From NCBI GenBank assembly GCA_043813605.1, contig JBDRKX010000031.1, positions 1-38,364 of the forward strand: 38,364 nucleotides of DNA, written 5' to 3'. The notes beneath the pieces were generated by a model that saw only the letters and a list, made by a program, of their open reading frames with translations, did not search any database and was not told the DNA's origin. The position numbers and the translations under genes are program-made. Position 1 is the stretch's first letter. Each line of letters opens with the position of its first letter. Shown here in pieces: positions 24,914 to 35,226 of this stretch. This stretch comes from Elusimicrobiota bacterium. Lineage in GTDB: Bacteria > CG03 > SLGR01 > JBDRKX01.

Positions 24914-25120
24914 TCACTGAAATACTGGATCAGGGGCGAACTTATTACCGCCGTTGCCGGCATAATGATCATCCTTCTTTTACCGGAAGATTTCTCAAAT
25001 CTTGCATATACCCCCTGGTGGACAAGCTGGTTCATCGCGCCTGCTTTTCTTATATTTGCAGCGATATGTATTGTTTTCCGGATAGATTTTATAAGCAATA
25101 CCGGGACTTGGTATCTATAA
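24914..25120 (+). pseudogene. Possible membrane-protein fragment without a clear start
   Basis: 68-codon open frame with two hydrophobic helices (LITAVAGIMIILLL; WFIAPAFLIFAAICIVF). Confidence 0.3.
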
Positions 25121-25255
25121 AGAATCAGCTTTTTTTAAGGGTTCCTGACAATCCTTCCGTCTGTTCTATTGGTTGTTCTCCGGAAAGATCGGAACTTACA
25201 GGATTTTTTCTATAAGTGCCGTCATCTGCTTAAAATCTTTTCAGATTATTTTTTC

Positions 25256-27886
25256 TTATACAGATTTTGCCGGTTTACCGTCTTTCGGGCACTCTGCAGT
25301 TTTTTTATCAAAAACCAGTTCACCGCTCTTTTCATCATGGCCGGCATCGATCAATACAGTATCGCACTCCTTATAGTATCCTTCGAGTATTTTCTTGGAA
25401 AGCGGGTTTACGATCAGACGCTGTATCGCCCGCTTGAGCGGTCTCGCCCCGTAAACCGGGTCGTATCCCGCTTCTGCGAGCCTTTCCATTGCGGCCGGAG
25501 TGATTGAAATACTCACTTTCTTCTCTTCAAGATATCCTGTCAGTTTTTTGATCTGTATTTTTACTATATCCTTGAGATTCTCTTTTGTAAGACTGTGAAA
25601 CTGTATTATCTCATCTACACGGTTAAGGAATTCCGGCCGGAAAGTGTTTTTCAGTTCTTCATACACCTTATTCTCGGTGTCTTCGCTGTCCAGGTTATCC
25701 GCCATGTACCGGCTGCCGATATTGGATGTCATTATGATGATACTGTTCTTGAAATTGACCGTTCTACCCTGCCCGTCGGTAAGACGGCCGTCATCCAGTA
25801 TCTGCAGCAGTATGTTGAACACATCCGCATGCGCTTTCTCTATTTCATCAAAAAGAATAACACAATAGGGCCGCCGGCGCACCGATTCCGTTAACTGTCC
25901 GCCTTCCTCAAAACCGACATACCCCGGAGGAGCTCCGATGAGCCTGGACACAGAATGCTTTTCCATGTATTCACTCATGTCTATCCTCACCATGGCTTTT
26001 TCGTCATCAAAAAGGAATTCCGCCAGTGTCCTTGCCAGTTCCGTTTTGCCCACACCCGTAGGCCCGAGAAAAATAAATGAACCTATAGGCCGGTCTACAT
26101 CCTGAAATCCCGCGCGGGAACGCCTTACAGCCTCCGATATCATCAGTAGCGCTTTCTCCTGCCCGATTACTCTCTCCGCCAGCTTTTCTTCCATATTGAT
26201 GATCTTCTCTACTTCGCTCTGCAGCATCTTTGACACGGGTATACCCGTCCATTTGGACACGACTTCCGCTATGTCTTCCTCATCAACCTCTTCCTTGAGC
26301 ATCTTGAGATCCTTCTGCAGGTCTTCCAGCTTAAGGGTTTCTTCATCCATTTCTTTCTTCAGGTTGATGATCGTACCGTATTTCAATTCCGCGGCCCGCT
26401 CGAGGTCAGCTTCTCTTTCGGCTTTTTCCTGCTCGATCCTGCTCTTTTCTATTTTATCCTTCAATTCTCTTATCTTCAGAATATGTTCTCTCTCTCTCTG
26501 CCAGTGAGCTTTAAGCCGCGTACCTTCCTCCCTGTGATTTGCCAGGTCTTCTTCTATCTTTTTCAGCCTTTCCTTGCTGACTGCGTCTTTTTCTTTTTTT
26601 AATGCTGTTTTTTCTACTTCCAGCTGCCTTATCTTTCTCTCCACTTCATCGATATCAGAAGGCATGCTCTCTATCTCTATATGCAGCCGTGCCGCCGCTT
26701 CATCTACAAGATCAATGGCCTTATCGGGAAGGAACCTGTCTGTTATGTACCGGTTGGACAATACCGCCGCCGATACCAGTGCGGTATCTTTTATCTTTAT
26801 GCCGTGAAACACTTCATAACGCTCTTTCAGTCCCCTTAGTATAGCTATAGTATCTTCAACATCAGGTTCCTGGACATACACCTGCTGGAACCTCCTTTCC
26901 AATGCCGCGTCTTTTTCAATGTTCTTACGGTATTCATCCAGCGTAGTCGCGCCGATACACCTCAATTCTCCTCTTGCCAGGGCGGGTTTGAGCATATTTG
27001 ACGCGTCAATAGCTCCTTCAGCCGCTCCCGCGCCTACGACCGTATGAAGTTCATCAATGAACAGTATGATATTCCCCTCTGACTTAATTACTTCTTTCAG
27101 CACGGCCTTGAGCCTTTCTTCAAACTCACCGCGGAATTTTGCGCCGGCCAGCAGGCTGCCCATATCCAGTGCAATGACTTTTTTGTTCTTCAATGTATCA
27201 GGCACATCGCCTTCTTCTATACGGCGCGCCAGTCCCTCTACAATGGCTGTCTTTCCCGTACCCGGCTCACCTATAAGGACAGGATTATTCTTTGTCCTTC
27301 TGGATAAGACCTGTATTATCCTTCTGATCTCGCTGTCCCTGCCGATCACCGGATCGAGTTTCCCTTTACTTGCAAGTTCCGTAAGGTCTTTTGCGTATTT
27401 TTTCAGCGCCTGGTACTTATCTTCCGGATTCTGGTCAGCTACCCTGTTATCCCCGCGTATTTCGCTCAATACTTTTAAAATATCTTCTTTGTTTATGTTG
27501 TGTTTTTTTACAAGCTCCGCAGTATACCCCTCCCTCTCTTCAACTGCCGCCAGCAGGATGTGTTCCAGTGATATATATTCATCTTTAAATGAAGCTGCTT
27601 CTTTCATTGCGCGCTTGAACAGCTTATCAAACCTCGGGCTCATATATAACTGTCCCGCGCCGTCTACTTTTGCCCTTTTATCAAGCTCTTCCTTTATCTG
27701 TTGTTTCAATATGGCTGCGGGCACACCCAGCTTTTCAAACACGGGTTTTATTATACTTTCGTCTTCTTCAAGCAGGGCGAGCAGCAGGTGCTCTACATCT
27801 ACCTGCTGATGCTCGTATTCTTCTGCAATTTCATATGTTTTACTTATTGCTTCCTGAACTTTTATCGTCAGTTTATCTGTTCTCAT
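25256..27886 (-). CDS. clpB: ATP-dependent chaperone ClpB
   Basis: Two AAA+ modules ([16 protein letters not shown]), M-domain coiled coil with [15 protein letters not shown] and YGARPLKR. Confidence 0.98.
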   Translation of the reverse strand: MRTDKLTIKVQEAISKTYEIAEEYEHQQVDVEHLLLALLEEDESIIKPVFEKLGVPAAILKQQIKEELDKRAKVDGAGQLYMSPRFDKLFKRAMKEAASFKDEYISLEHILLAAVEEREGYTAELVKKHNINKEDILKVLSEIRGDNRVADQNPEDKYQALKKYAKDLTELASKGKLDPVIGRDSEIRRIIQVLSRRTKNNPVLIGEPGTGKTAIVEGLARRIEEGDVPDTLKNKKVIALDMGSLLAGAKFRGEFEERLKAVLKEVIKSEGNIILFIDELHTVVGAGAAEGAIDASNMLKPALARGELRCIGATTLDEYRKNIEKDAALERRFQQVYVQEPDVEDTIAILRGLKERYEVFHGIKIKDTALVSAAVLSNRYITDRFLPDKAIDLVDEAAARLHIEIESMPSDIDEVERKIRQLEVEKTALKKEKDAVSKERLKKIEEDLANHREEGTRLKAHWQREREHILKIRELKDKIEKSRIEQEKAEREADLERAAELKYGTIINLKKEMDEETLKLEDLQKDLKMLKEEVDEEDIAEVVSKWTGIPVSKMLQSEVEKIINMEEKLAERVIGQEKALLMISEAVRRSRAGFQDVDRPIGSFIFLGPTGVGKTELARTLAEFLFDDEKAMVRIDMSEYMEKHSVSRLIGAPPGYVGFEEGGQLTESVRRRPYCVILFDEIEKAHADVFNILLQILDDGRLTDGQGRTVNFKNSIIIMTSNIGSRYMADNLDSEDTENKVYEELKNTFRPEFLNRVDEIIQFHSLTKENLKDIVKIQIKKLTGYLEEKKVSISITPAAMERLAEAGYDPVYGARPLKRAIQRLIVNPLSKKILEGYYKECDTVLIDAGHDEKSGELVFDKKTAECPKDGKPAKSV

Positions 27887-28019
27887 AATACTGCTCCTTT
27901 CAATACGATTTTAATTTCTTTACTTATTTAGATGCGTATAATACGATAATGATTCATATTGCAGGCTGCTGAACAGCGCCGGCCGTAAGTTATGACTTAT
28001 GTGTTGCTAAAGATGTTTT

Positions 28020-28970
28020 TCAGAACAGCTCGTCAGCTTTTTCTCTGAATTTTTCGGGTATCTTAAGTCCGAGGATCTTCGCCACATTGAGGTTAAGAGC
28101 TATTCTGATATATTCGGGATGCTCAACAGGTATCTCGGAAGCCGATTTACCTTCTACTACTTTCATGACCAGAGCCGCCGTCTGTTTGCCGATATCCCCG
28201 TATTCGCAGTAGATCCCTATCAGCGCTCCTGCTTTTGCAAAAGATTTAGAGAAACCTATAAACGGTATATTCTTTTTCAGTGTTGAGAGCATTATAGCGC
28301 GAGAAGTAGTGGGATTGCCGTATATCGTAGGATCCGGTATTGACCATATTACATCAACCTTGCTTTCAATATCTTCCAAGACCACTGATATCTCTTTCAA
28401 ATCATATATCGGAAACTCGGCTATGTGCATACCCGTTCTCACCGCATCTTCTTTTGCCTGGCTGACTATATCACCTGATTTTCCGGGATCATAGATTATC
28501 CCTATATTCTTTAGCGACGGTAGAGCTTCCTTGATTATATTAAACTGCAGATCATATGGAATATCGATAGTCACACCGGTTATCTCCTGTTTGCGTTTGC
28601 CCAGCGAGATTATAAGCCCCTCCTTAACAGGATTGGATACAAGAGAGAATACGATAGGGGTGTCTGTAAAATATACGGATATCTCTTTTGCAGCCTCCGT
28701 ACCGAAACACAGGATGATATCCGGATCGAATTCTTTAAGGTCGCTGATGAAAGAATTGGCTTTCCCTTCCTTAAGGATATAACCCTTGCTGACAATGGTT
28801 ACGTTCTTTTTATGTATCTCTTCAAAAAATCCATCAGAAGCCTGTGTGTACGGCAGTATGTCCCTGCTTTTGATAAGCGCTATTTTTACCTGTTCTGCAT
28901 TAAGGGTTACCTGTGCTGACACAAGAAGAGATATCAGACATAGTATCCTTTTTATTTCATATGGTATCAT
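28020..28970 (-). CDS. ABC_sub_bind-type periplasmic substrate-binding protein
   Basis: PIVFSLVSNP, ITGVT, LPSLKNIGIIYDP, GKQTA.LV.KV.EG and LNLNVAKILGLKIP. Confidence 0.85.
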   Translation of the reverse strand: MIPYEIKRILCLISLLVSAQVTLNAEQVKIALIKSRDILPYTQASDGFFEEIHKKNVTIVSKGYILKEGKANSFISDLKEFDPDIILCFGTEAAKEISVYFTDTPIVFSLVSNPVKEGLIISLGKRKQEITGVTIDIPYDLQFNIIKEALPSLKNIGIIYDPGKSGDIVSQAKEDAVRTGMHIAEFPIYDLKEISVVLEDIESKVDVIWSIPDPTIYGNPTTSRAIMLSTLKKNIPFIGFSKSFAKAGALIGIYCEYGDIGKQTAALVMKVVEGKSASEIPVEHPEYIRIALNLNVAKILGLKIPEKFREKADELF

Positions 28971-29030
28971 ATGGTTTCTTTATGGTAGAGCTCTATATCT
29001 ATTATGATAGAAATCTATATCTATGTTTTT

Positions 29031-31127
29031 TTAGAATCTGTATCCTGTTGTAAGATAGATACCTCTGCCGGGCTGGCCGTAGAGGAACTCCCTGTTAGCG
29101 TCGTAGTATTCCTGGTCGAATATGTTCTCAACCTTGAGCGTCAGACTCATGCTCTCTATAATATCATTGAAGTTGAATATCAGGTTGGTCGAGGTATATG
29201 CCGGCGCTTCGAGCGTCGTGTCGGTCGTCCTCTGCCACGGTGCTGAAGGTTCGTTTGTGACCCTTGCCGGGAGCTGTTTGTCGCCGACATAGCGCGTGGT
29301 CACTCCGACGGACGCCTTATCGCTTATCTTGTAGTCTATCCAGCCGCCTACCCCGACCTCGGTCGTGTAATCGAGCCTTTCTTCGGTATCGGCATCTATC
29401 GGATTCCTCACAGTACCGTTTAGTGCTATCCTGAGGTTGTCTACCGGGGTGAGCGTCAGCTCGGCTTCAACGCCGCTCGATATGAGACTTGCCACGTTCT
29501 CCTGCTGATAATATGCGGTTGTCGGCCGCTGCGAAACGGGGAACGATTCGGCGCCCGTCAGCGCGGTGCCTTTGGCCTTGCTCTTGTAGACGATGATATC
29601 CTGCATATCGATGTAGAAGTAGTTTATCGAGCCGGATATGCGCTCCGATATTTTGGACATCACCTGTATCTCGCTCGTCGTATTGGTTTCGGGAGTCACC
29701 GACGGGTTGCCGTAATAAGCGTTCTTCCTGAAATAATACAGCTCGTGGAGCGAGGGCGCCTTGTACGCCTGCCCGTACAGGAGCTTCACATAGGTATTCT
29801 CAATCGGCTCGAGCACGACAGCTACGCGCGGGTTGGTTACGCCGCCGTAATCGGAATCGTTGTCGTAACGGCCCCCGACCGTGACATCTACCATGTCAGA
29901 GACCTCATACTGTCCCTGCAGGTAAGCGGCATATGTCCAGGTTAGGAACTTCGGCGCGCCGAGTCCTAGCGAGTCGAACACCTCGGGATAATACCACCTG
30001 ACTATATCCCTGTACTCGTAATCGACACCCGATACCAGCGAGAGCTTATCGCTCGCTTCGTAATCCAGCTGGGCCTTGAATCCGCCAACGTTATCTACGG
30101 CTATCATATGCATGATAAAATGGCCCGTGCCGGTCGGGTCAGAGAATGCCCCTTTATACGGATTGTCCTCGTACTGGGCTCCCTTGCCCCAGGCATAGTA
30201 ATCGTAATATGCAGACACTTTTGCATTCATCGTATCCGATACTTCCTTTTCCAGGCTAAGTATCGCGTATGCGCGGTCCGATACGAACCTGGAGAATTCG
30301 GCGCCGACGCTGAATGAACTCATCGATTTGTGCGAGTCATCCCTGTCGAGGTGCGTGGTAAGCTTGAGGCTTTTGTATTTCATCTTCGAATGGAAATTAT
30401 AATACACGCTCTCGTTGTTCTTGAGCACTATATCCTTCCCGGCGATCTCCGACCATTCAAGGACCTTGCGCGGTATGTTCTCGCTGTACCCGGAAGCTGT
30501 TGCGTACACACTTGCGTCATCGCTTATCTTCCTGGATACCGTAACATTCTGGCTTATGGTCTGGAAGGAACCGCCCGTTATCGACACAGAAGAACCGTTT
30601 TTTTCAGTATCAGCGTCCTTGGTGATGATGTTTATTACCCCGAGGTAGGCGTTGGCTCCCCAGAGAGCGGAACCCGGGCCCTTTACTATCTCTATCCTCT
30701 CTATACAGTCAAGAGCGATCCACGCGGGCGAGATATAGTACCTGAAGAACTGCCTCCATACGAGGTCGTGCCCGTCCAGGAGTATCTGCCAGTGTTTCAC
30801 GTTCGTGAGCCTGTCATTGACCCCGCGCATCCCCATATCCAGCTGGTAACCCATACCGGGGCTGTTTATGTCTATCGAAGCAACATCACGGAAGACATCA
30901 ATGAGGTTGTTGTAACCTTTCTTCTTTATCTCCGCCGCTGTGACGACCAGGACATTCGCCGGGGCATCCGTTAACTTCTGTGCTTTTTTCGACGCAGTTA
31001 TCACGCTTGGGATTTCCTGGAATAAGAGCATTTCAGCATCGCTTGAAAATACTTCCTGAACAGTGCCTGCTGCAATAACAGCAACAAAACACAAAACAAT
31101 AATTCCTGACAATTTTCTAACTTTCAT
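29031..31127 (-). CDS. TonB-dependent receptor
   Basis: VITASKKAQKLTDAPA, plug motif IERIEIVKGPGSALWGANAYLGVINIITK, LKVENIFDQEY and terminal GYRF. Confidence 0.95.
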   Translation of the reverse strand: MKVRKLSGIIVLCFVAVIAAGTVQEVFSSDAEMLLFQEIPSVITASKKAQKLTDAPANVLVVTAAEIKKKGYNNLIDVFRDVASIDINSPGMGYQLDMGMRGVNDRLTNVKHWQILLDGHDLVWRQFFRYYISPAWIALDCIERIEIVKGPGSALWGANAYLGVINIITKDADTEKNGSSVSITGGSFQTISQNVTVSRKISDDASVYATASGYSENIPRKVLEWSEIAGKDIVLKNNESVYYNFHSKMKYKSLKLTTHLDRDDSHKSMSSFSVGAEFSRFVSDRAYAILSLEKEVSDTMNAKVSAYYDYYAWGKGAQYEDNPYKGAFSDPTGTGHFIMHMIAVDNVGGFKAQLDYEASDKLSLVSGVDYEYRDIVRWYYPEVFDSLGLGAPKFLTWTYAAYLQGQYEVSDMVDVTVGGRYDNDSDYGGVTNPRVAVVLEPIENTYVKLLYGQAYKAPSLHELYYFRKNAYYGNPSVTPETNTTSEIQVMSKISERISGSINYFYIDMQDIIVYKSKAKGTALTGAESFPVSQRPTTAYYQQENVASLISSGVEAELTLTPVDNLRIALNGTVRNPIDADTEERLDYTTEVGVGGWIDYKISDKASVGVTTRYVGDKQLPARVTNEPSAPWQRTTDTTLEAPAYTSTNLIFNFNDIIESMSLTLKVENIFDQEYYDANREFLYGQPGRGIYLTTGYRF

Positions 31128-31205
31128 AATAACCCCTCCTTAAAACAGTTCATTATGTAGTCTTCCTTTATCCATAACACTAATATATATTTATTTCCTA
31201 GTTTA

Positions 31206-31235
31206 AATATAATTAAAAAATCATACATTTGTCAA
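31206..31235 (-). promoter_or_regulatory. Putative sigma70 promoter of the TBDR operon
   Basis: Minus strand TTGACA-18 nt-TATATT, with AAGGAGG RBS before the ATG. Confidence 0.55.
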
Positions 31236-31441
31236 CTTTAGGTGAATATTATTTGCCTGAATAGTATAACTGAAGAACCATTTGTGGATTTTTTCGGGTC
31301 AGAGCAGTGTTAAGCCGCTTTTTGTGGCTGAACGGCTGAGGGTTTTTCGAGGGGTTCGGCTGGGGCAACCAGTAAAATATTGCATTGTTTCTGATTTTTC
31401 AGGGACCAAATTTGTTCTATAGGTTGTTGTTTAAATAAATT

Positions 31442-31837
31442 CTATGTCTCTTTTTTCAATAATGCTTTTATTTTATCATAAAGACGGGCAAGCTTAAATG
31501 GTTTAGGGATATAGATATCGGCTCCGGTGGAGAATCCTTCTTCCACTTCTCCGCCTTTACCTCTATGTGTAAGCATAATAATAGGGATATTTCTATATGT
31601 AATATCATTACCCTTCTTTAATTCCCAGGCAACTTCGTGCCCATTCTTTTTAGGCATATCAACATCCAATATGATCAAATCCGGTTTTTCTTTCTTTACC
31701 ATTATTAATGCTTCCATTCCGTCCCCGGCAGTAATGATTCTATAGTCATGTTTTAATTTCTGTGTTAATATATTCCTGATAAACGGCTCATCGTCAGCTA
31801 TTAAGACTGTCTTTTTCATTATATTATTTTTTTTCAT
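31442..31837 (-). CDS. Single-domain response regulator
   Basis: VLIADDE, LDVDMP, IIMLT and KPF. Confidence 0.92.
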   Translation of the reverse strand: MKKNNIMKKTVLIADDEPFIRNILTQKLKHDYRIITAGDGMEALIMVKKEKPDLIILDVDMPKKNGHEVAWELKKGNDITYRNIPIIMLTHRGKGGEVEEGFSTGADIYIPKPFKLARLYDKIKALLKKET

Positions 31838-33200
31838 ATATAGATTTTAAAGATTTGGCTCTTTCAAGGCTCTTTTTTACCGAATCATGGTTCGAATCAT
31901 ATATCAGCGCAACCTCATATGCCGCTATCGCTTCTTCATAGTTTTCAAAACTCATAAACACTTCCCCTAAATAGAAGTACATATCCGCTGTGGAAGGGGC
32001 AATTTCGGAATGATTTTTTATTTCTTTATTTAAATCAAGTGCCGCCTTCAGATTATTATACGCATTTTCAATTTCTCCTTCTTTAAACTGGCTCACTCCC
32101 TTATTAAACAAAACCTTCCTTTTTTTAATGGTTTTTTCAATTAGTAATTCCTCTTTATTCTCTTTTACTGTTTTCATTTCTCTTCCGGTATTAGTTACTA
32201 TTTTTGATTTTTCTGTAATTTTCCTGTCAATTACTTCAGATCCCGGTTGAGCTGTATTTTTTTTATTGGCCCGGTTTTCTATCCCGACCGCCTCTTGATT
32301 TAATTTGGGTTTAAAATAACCGGCCCCGGCAGCATAAAATAAGCCGGTGATCAGGATAACAGATCCTGCCAGCCCTATAGGAAAGGCCTTCCTCCAGTCA
32401 ACAAGCTTTTTCGCATACAGCAGGTTATCGCCCATGATCCGGAGAAACTGTTTTTTGTTTCTAAATGTATACTCAACTTTTCTTAATCTATTATCATGCG
32501 CTCTCAGTCTGATTCTGAATATTTCTATATCTTCTTCTTTTAAATATCTTTTAATTTCATCAAGCATTTTTTTAACAGCTGAATTAAGGCATTCGAATTC
32601 AGCCAGTTTCATCCAGGCCGTATCTGCATTTTTTATCCTGTCATAGATAATCCCGTCAAAGATATAACTGCCTGCTCCTTCGGCTGTCTTTTTCTGCGGT
32701 ATCTTTAAGGGAGCTAAACCTGCATTAAATATCTTCGGAAAATATTCTGTCCTGTAATATGAATACCTGACCATCTCACCCGATCCTTTGCAGGACTGGC
32801 AGGAATGCTTACTGCTGTTGTTAACGCTTTCGCTTTCACCATGGCAGTCATCGCATTTTACAATGTTTTCCGAACCCGGGACTATCTGTTCTGTTTCTTT
32901 TCCACTGCTAAAACCTTCCGGAGGGGTCCTGTACGGCAGAGCATATAATGAAGCAGGTATATATTCATCTGTTGATATACGTCCCCCGTCATGAGCCCGC
33001 ATTCCTTCATGCAGGCTTCTTTTGACAAGTAAGGTCTGTATTTCAACCGTATATGATTTTTCAGCAGTCAGCCTGTTTATTTTTATTTTTTTGCCGAAAT
33101 CAGATATAAAAATATATTTTTTTCTGTTACTCAGATCTGTAAGTGTATTCCGGATAACCTCAAGCTCCCTCTTATCAGCAATTTCTTCAGCTTTGAACAA
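31824..33200 (-). CDS. Membrane-anchored protein: SSUH2/DnaJ-zinc-finger-like N-region, one TM, C-terminal TPRs (true start possibly 33291 with a frameshift)
   Basis: VPGSENIVKCDDCHG...CQSCKGSG, TM (FPIGLAGSVILITGLFYA) and TPR (YFYLGEVF...YEEAIAAYEVAL). Confidence 0.7.
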   Translation of the reverse strand: MFKAEEIADKRELEVIRNTLTDLSNRKKYIFISDFGKKIKINRLTAEKSYTVEIQTLLVKRSLHEGMRAHDGGRISTDEYIPASLYALPYRTPPEGFSSGKETEQIVPGSENIVKCDDCHGESESVNNSSKHSCQSCKGSGEMVRYSYYRTEYFPKIFNAGLAPLKIPQKKTAEGAGSYIFDGIIYDRIKNADTAWMKLAEFECLNSAVKKMLDEIKRYLKEEDIEIFRIRLRAHDNRLRKVEYTFRNKKQFLRIMGDNLLYAKKLVDWRKAFPIGLAGSVILITGLFYAAGAGYFKPKLNQEAVGIENRANKKNTAQPGSEVIDRKITEKSKIVTNTGREMKTVKENKEELLIEKTIKKRKVLFNKGVSQFKEGEIENAYNNLKAALDLNKEIKNHSEIAPSTADMYFYLGEVFMSFENYEEAIAAYEVALIYDSNHDSVKKSLERAKSLKSIYEKK

Positions 33201-33293
33201 TCCTTCTGCATTAAGTTGCCGGTTAATATCTTTTATTTTATTTTTTATCTTTCCGGAGATACTGTTTTTTGAAAGCTGTTTTTTCTGTCATAT

Positions 33294-34997
33294 TCAGCGC
33301 TGTTTTTTCAACTGTTTTTGAACAGTCGTCGTTTCTCCCGAATTAACAGTAATTGCACCTGACCAGCTATATTCATAATCTTTTGTTATCTCGAGTTTAT
33401 ATTCTCCCGGCATCACATCTTTTACAGTTAAAGGGGTGGAACCTTTTTCTATTCCGTTTAAATACACTGTCGCATTACCCGGAGCGGAATAAATCTTGAC
33501 GATCCCGGTACTCATTCTTTTTAATTCTGCCGATACTGTTTCCGTTTTAAAAGCGTTAATTTTTATTGAGGTCTTCCATGGTTCATAGCCGTCCATTTCC
33601 ACATTTACCTTATGTTTCCCTGAAGAGATCTTCTCCAGGTAGAGAGGCTCGGCCAGACCCGTATATTCCAGATCGATATAAACCTTTGCGCCGGCAGGAG
33701 TAGAATTAACCATTAACGACCCGTCTGCCTCGCTTAAATAAACAATTTTTTTATTAGTTTCGTCAAAAATAATCACAATTTTCTCTTTGTAATCCTTGTG
33801 ATCTTCTTTTTTCAGCAATAGATTATATTCTCCTATTTCCAAGTTGTCTATTATTTTGGGTGTTAGTCCGGAATATTTTTCATTTATAAAAATTTCCGCG
33901 CCTTTTGGAGCGGTCTTAACAGATAATGATCCGCTCTTGGATTCAAGCCTGGTATTTATCCTGTAAATCCGGTCTTCGTAAATAGTCACGACTTCATCGT
34001 AGATCCTGTGTTTATCCTTAATAAGGCTGATATTATGCGGGCCTACAGGCAACTGGCGGAGATCGACATTTGTTTTACCCCTGTAATCGCCGTCAAGGTA
34101 TATTTTAGCGCCCATCGGTTCGGTAGTAATCGATAGGGTTCCGGTTTTTTCTGTTCCTTCAGGTTTTTTCTCCAATTCAGAAAAAAATGTCTCTTGGGGT
34201 TTTTCGATCTTGAGCCAGCCGGGTTCAAGCGCGTCTTTATATACGGAAAGATGCTTTGCAAAGATATTTTTTATTGTTTTTCTATTGATAATATTTACGC
34301 TGATAATAACATCACCCCCCTGCGCCCTGTAATTCCCTTTTAAAAGATAATCAGTATCGGACTCATCAGTTATATCAATACCGCCGGCGGCGATCTTTGT
34401 TTTAAGATCGTTCTTTAATATATTGCTGAAAGTGAAAATACTCTGGCTTATTAATTCCTTGAATTCACCGATAATTATCCTGCGGATGTTTTCTTTTTTA
34501 AGCCTGATTAAAATTTCTCCGGCAAGTCTGTCTGTTTTTACATTGTAGTCCTCGATCACTTCATTGAGCCTTCTTTTCTCTTTATTGATCTCGTTTATTG
34601 AGTATTGAGTAAGGATATAGACATTATATATTTTTTCTTTTCTATTTTTCTCATAATACATTTCCTTGATTGTTGTACCCATAATATCCGCTTTTGCATA
34701 TAATCTTATTTCATCCGCAAGCCGGGTAATCAATTCTGATTTCTGCGATATCATCTTTGTTGATACTTTCATCCCGATATATGCCGCGATCTGTTTAGCG
34801 ACATCTCTGACTGCTTCTTCCCTGCCGGCTTCTATTGATTCAGCGCCGGTCTTTATACCTGTAAAATATATATTTCTTTTGTCAGGCTGAGGTGGTTTTG
34901 TTACCCAGGCCGGTATTTCATCCTTAGCGTAACACAGAGTAGAAATGTTTATAGTAATAAATAACACAGTAAGTATTTTTTTGATATTATCATTCAT
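33294..34997 (-). CDS. Secreted protein with LPP20-like and FlgO-like domains and four PEGA domains
   Basis: Signal peptide, IPAWVTKPP, and four G.l.v.s.P.gA.vy.dg units (TGTLSITTEP, SGSLSVKTAP, DGSLMVNSTP, TGIVKIYSAP). Confidence 0.85.
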   Translation of the reverse strand: MNDNIKKILTVLFITINISTLCYAKDEIPAWVTKPPQPDKRNIYFTGIKTGAESIEAGREEAVRDVAKQIAAYIGMKVSTKMISQKSELITRLADEIRLYAKADIMGTTIKEMYYEKNRKEKIYNVYILTQYSINEINKEKRRLNEVIEDYNVKTDRLAGEILIRLKKENIRRIIIGEFKELISQSIFTFSNILKNDLKTKIAAGGIDITDESDTDYLLKGNYRAQGGDVIISVNIINRKTIKNIFAKHLSVYKDALEPGWLKIEKPQETFFSELEKKPEGTEKTGTLSITTEPMGAKIYLDGDYRGKTNVDLRQLPVGPHNISLIKDKHRIYDEVVTIYEDRIYRINTRLESKSGSLSVKTAPKGAEIFINEKYSGLTPKIIDNLEIGEYNLLLKKEDHKDYKEKIVIIFDETNKKIVYLSEADGSLMVNSTPAGAKVYIDLEYTGLAEPLYLEKISSGKHKVNVEMDGYEPWKTSIKINAFKTETVSAELKRMSTGIVKIYSAPGNATVYLNGIEKGSTPLTVKDVMPGEYKLEITKDYEYSWSGAITVNSGETTTVQKQLKKQR

Positions 34998-34998
34998 A

Positions 34999-35226
34999 AA
35001 TTCAGGTCATGTCCCATAATTACTTTTTTGTTCCTGGTGTAATTCATTAATTATTCAGGGACACGATACTGAATTACCGGGACAAGAATTACCGGGACAA
35101 GAATTACCGGGACATAACTTTAATTCGAAGAATTAAAGATTGTGTCCCAAGTGTAATTCGATTGTGTCCCTTGTGTAATTCAGGTCATGTCCCATAATTA
35201 CTTTTTGGCCCTTGTGTAATTCATTA
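34999..35226. repeat. REP/BIME-like mosaic of GGGACA/TGTCCC direct and inverted repeats
   Basis: ~50-bp direct repeats (34999-35049, 35177-35226), gaattaccgggaca(a) x3 (35071-35114), a 22-bp unit x2 (35138-35181) and a hairpin at 35109-35148. Confidence 0.85.

Noticed and set aside
24817..25098. 93-aa minus-strand ORF
   Set aside because: It overlaps the rsgA 3' end and has no motif. The plus-strand hydrophobic frame looks more protein-like.
27887..28019. CIRCE or CtsR heat-shock operator upstream of clpB
   Set aside because: TTAGCAAC occurs without the matching inverted half-site; only a short imperfect palindrome (taagt-tatg-actta) is present.
31128..31441. Cobalamin or other riboswitch upstream of the TBDR
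   Set aside because: I could not find the conserved GGGAA / GCCACTG core elements. An Rfam scan would settle it.
35071..35181. Short repeats as a possible CRISPR array
   Set aside because: Units are directly tandem with no unique spacers, and there are no cas genes.
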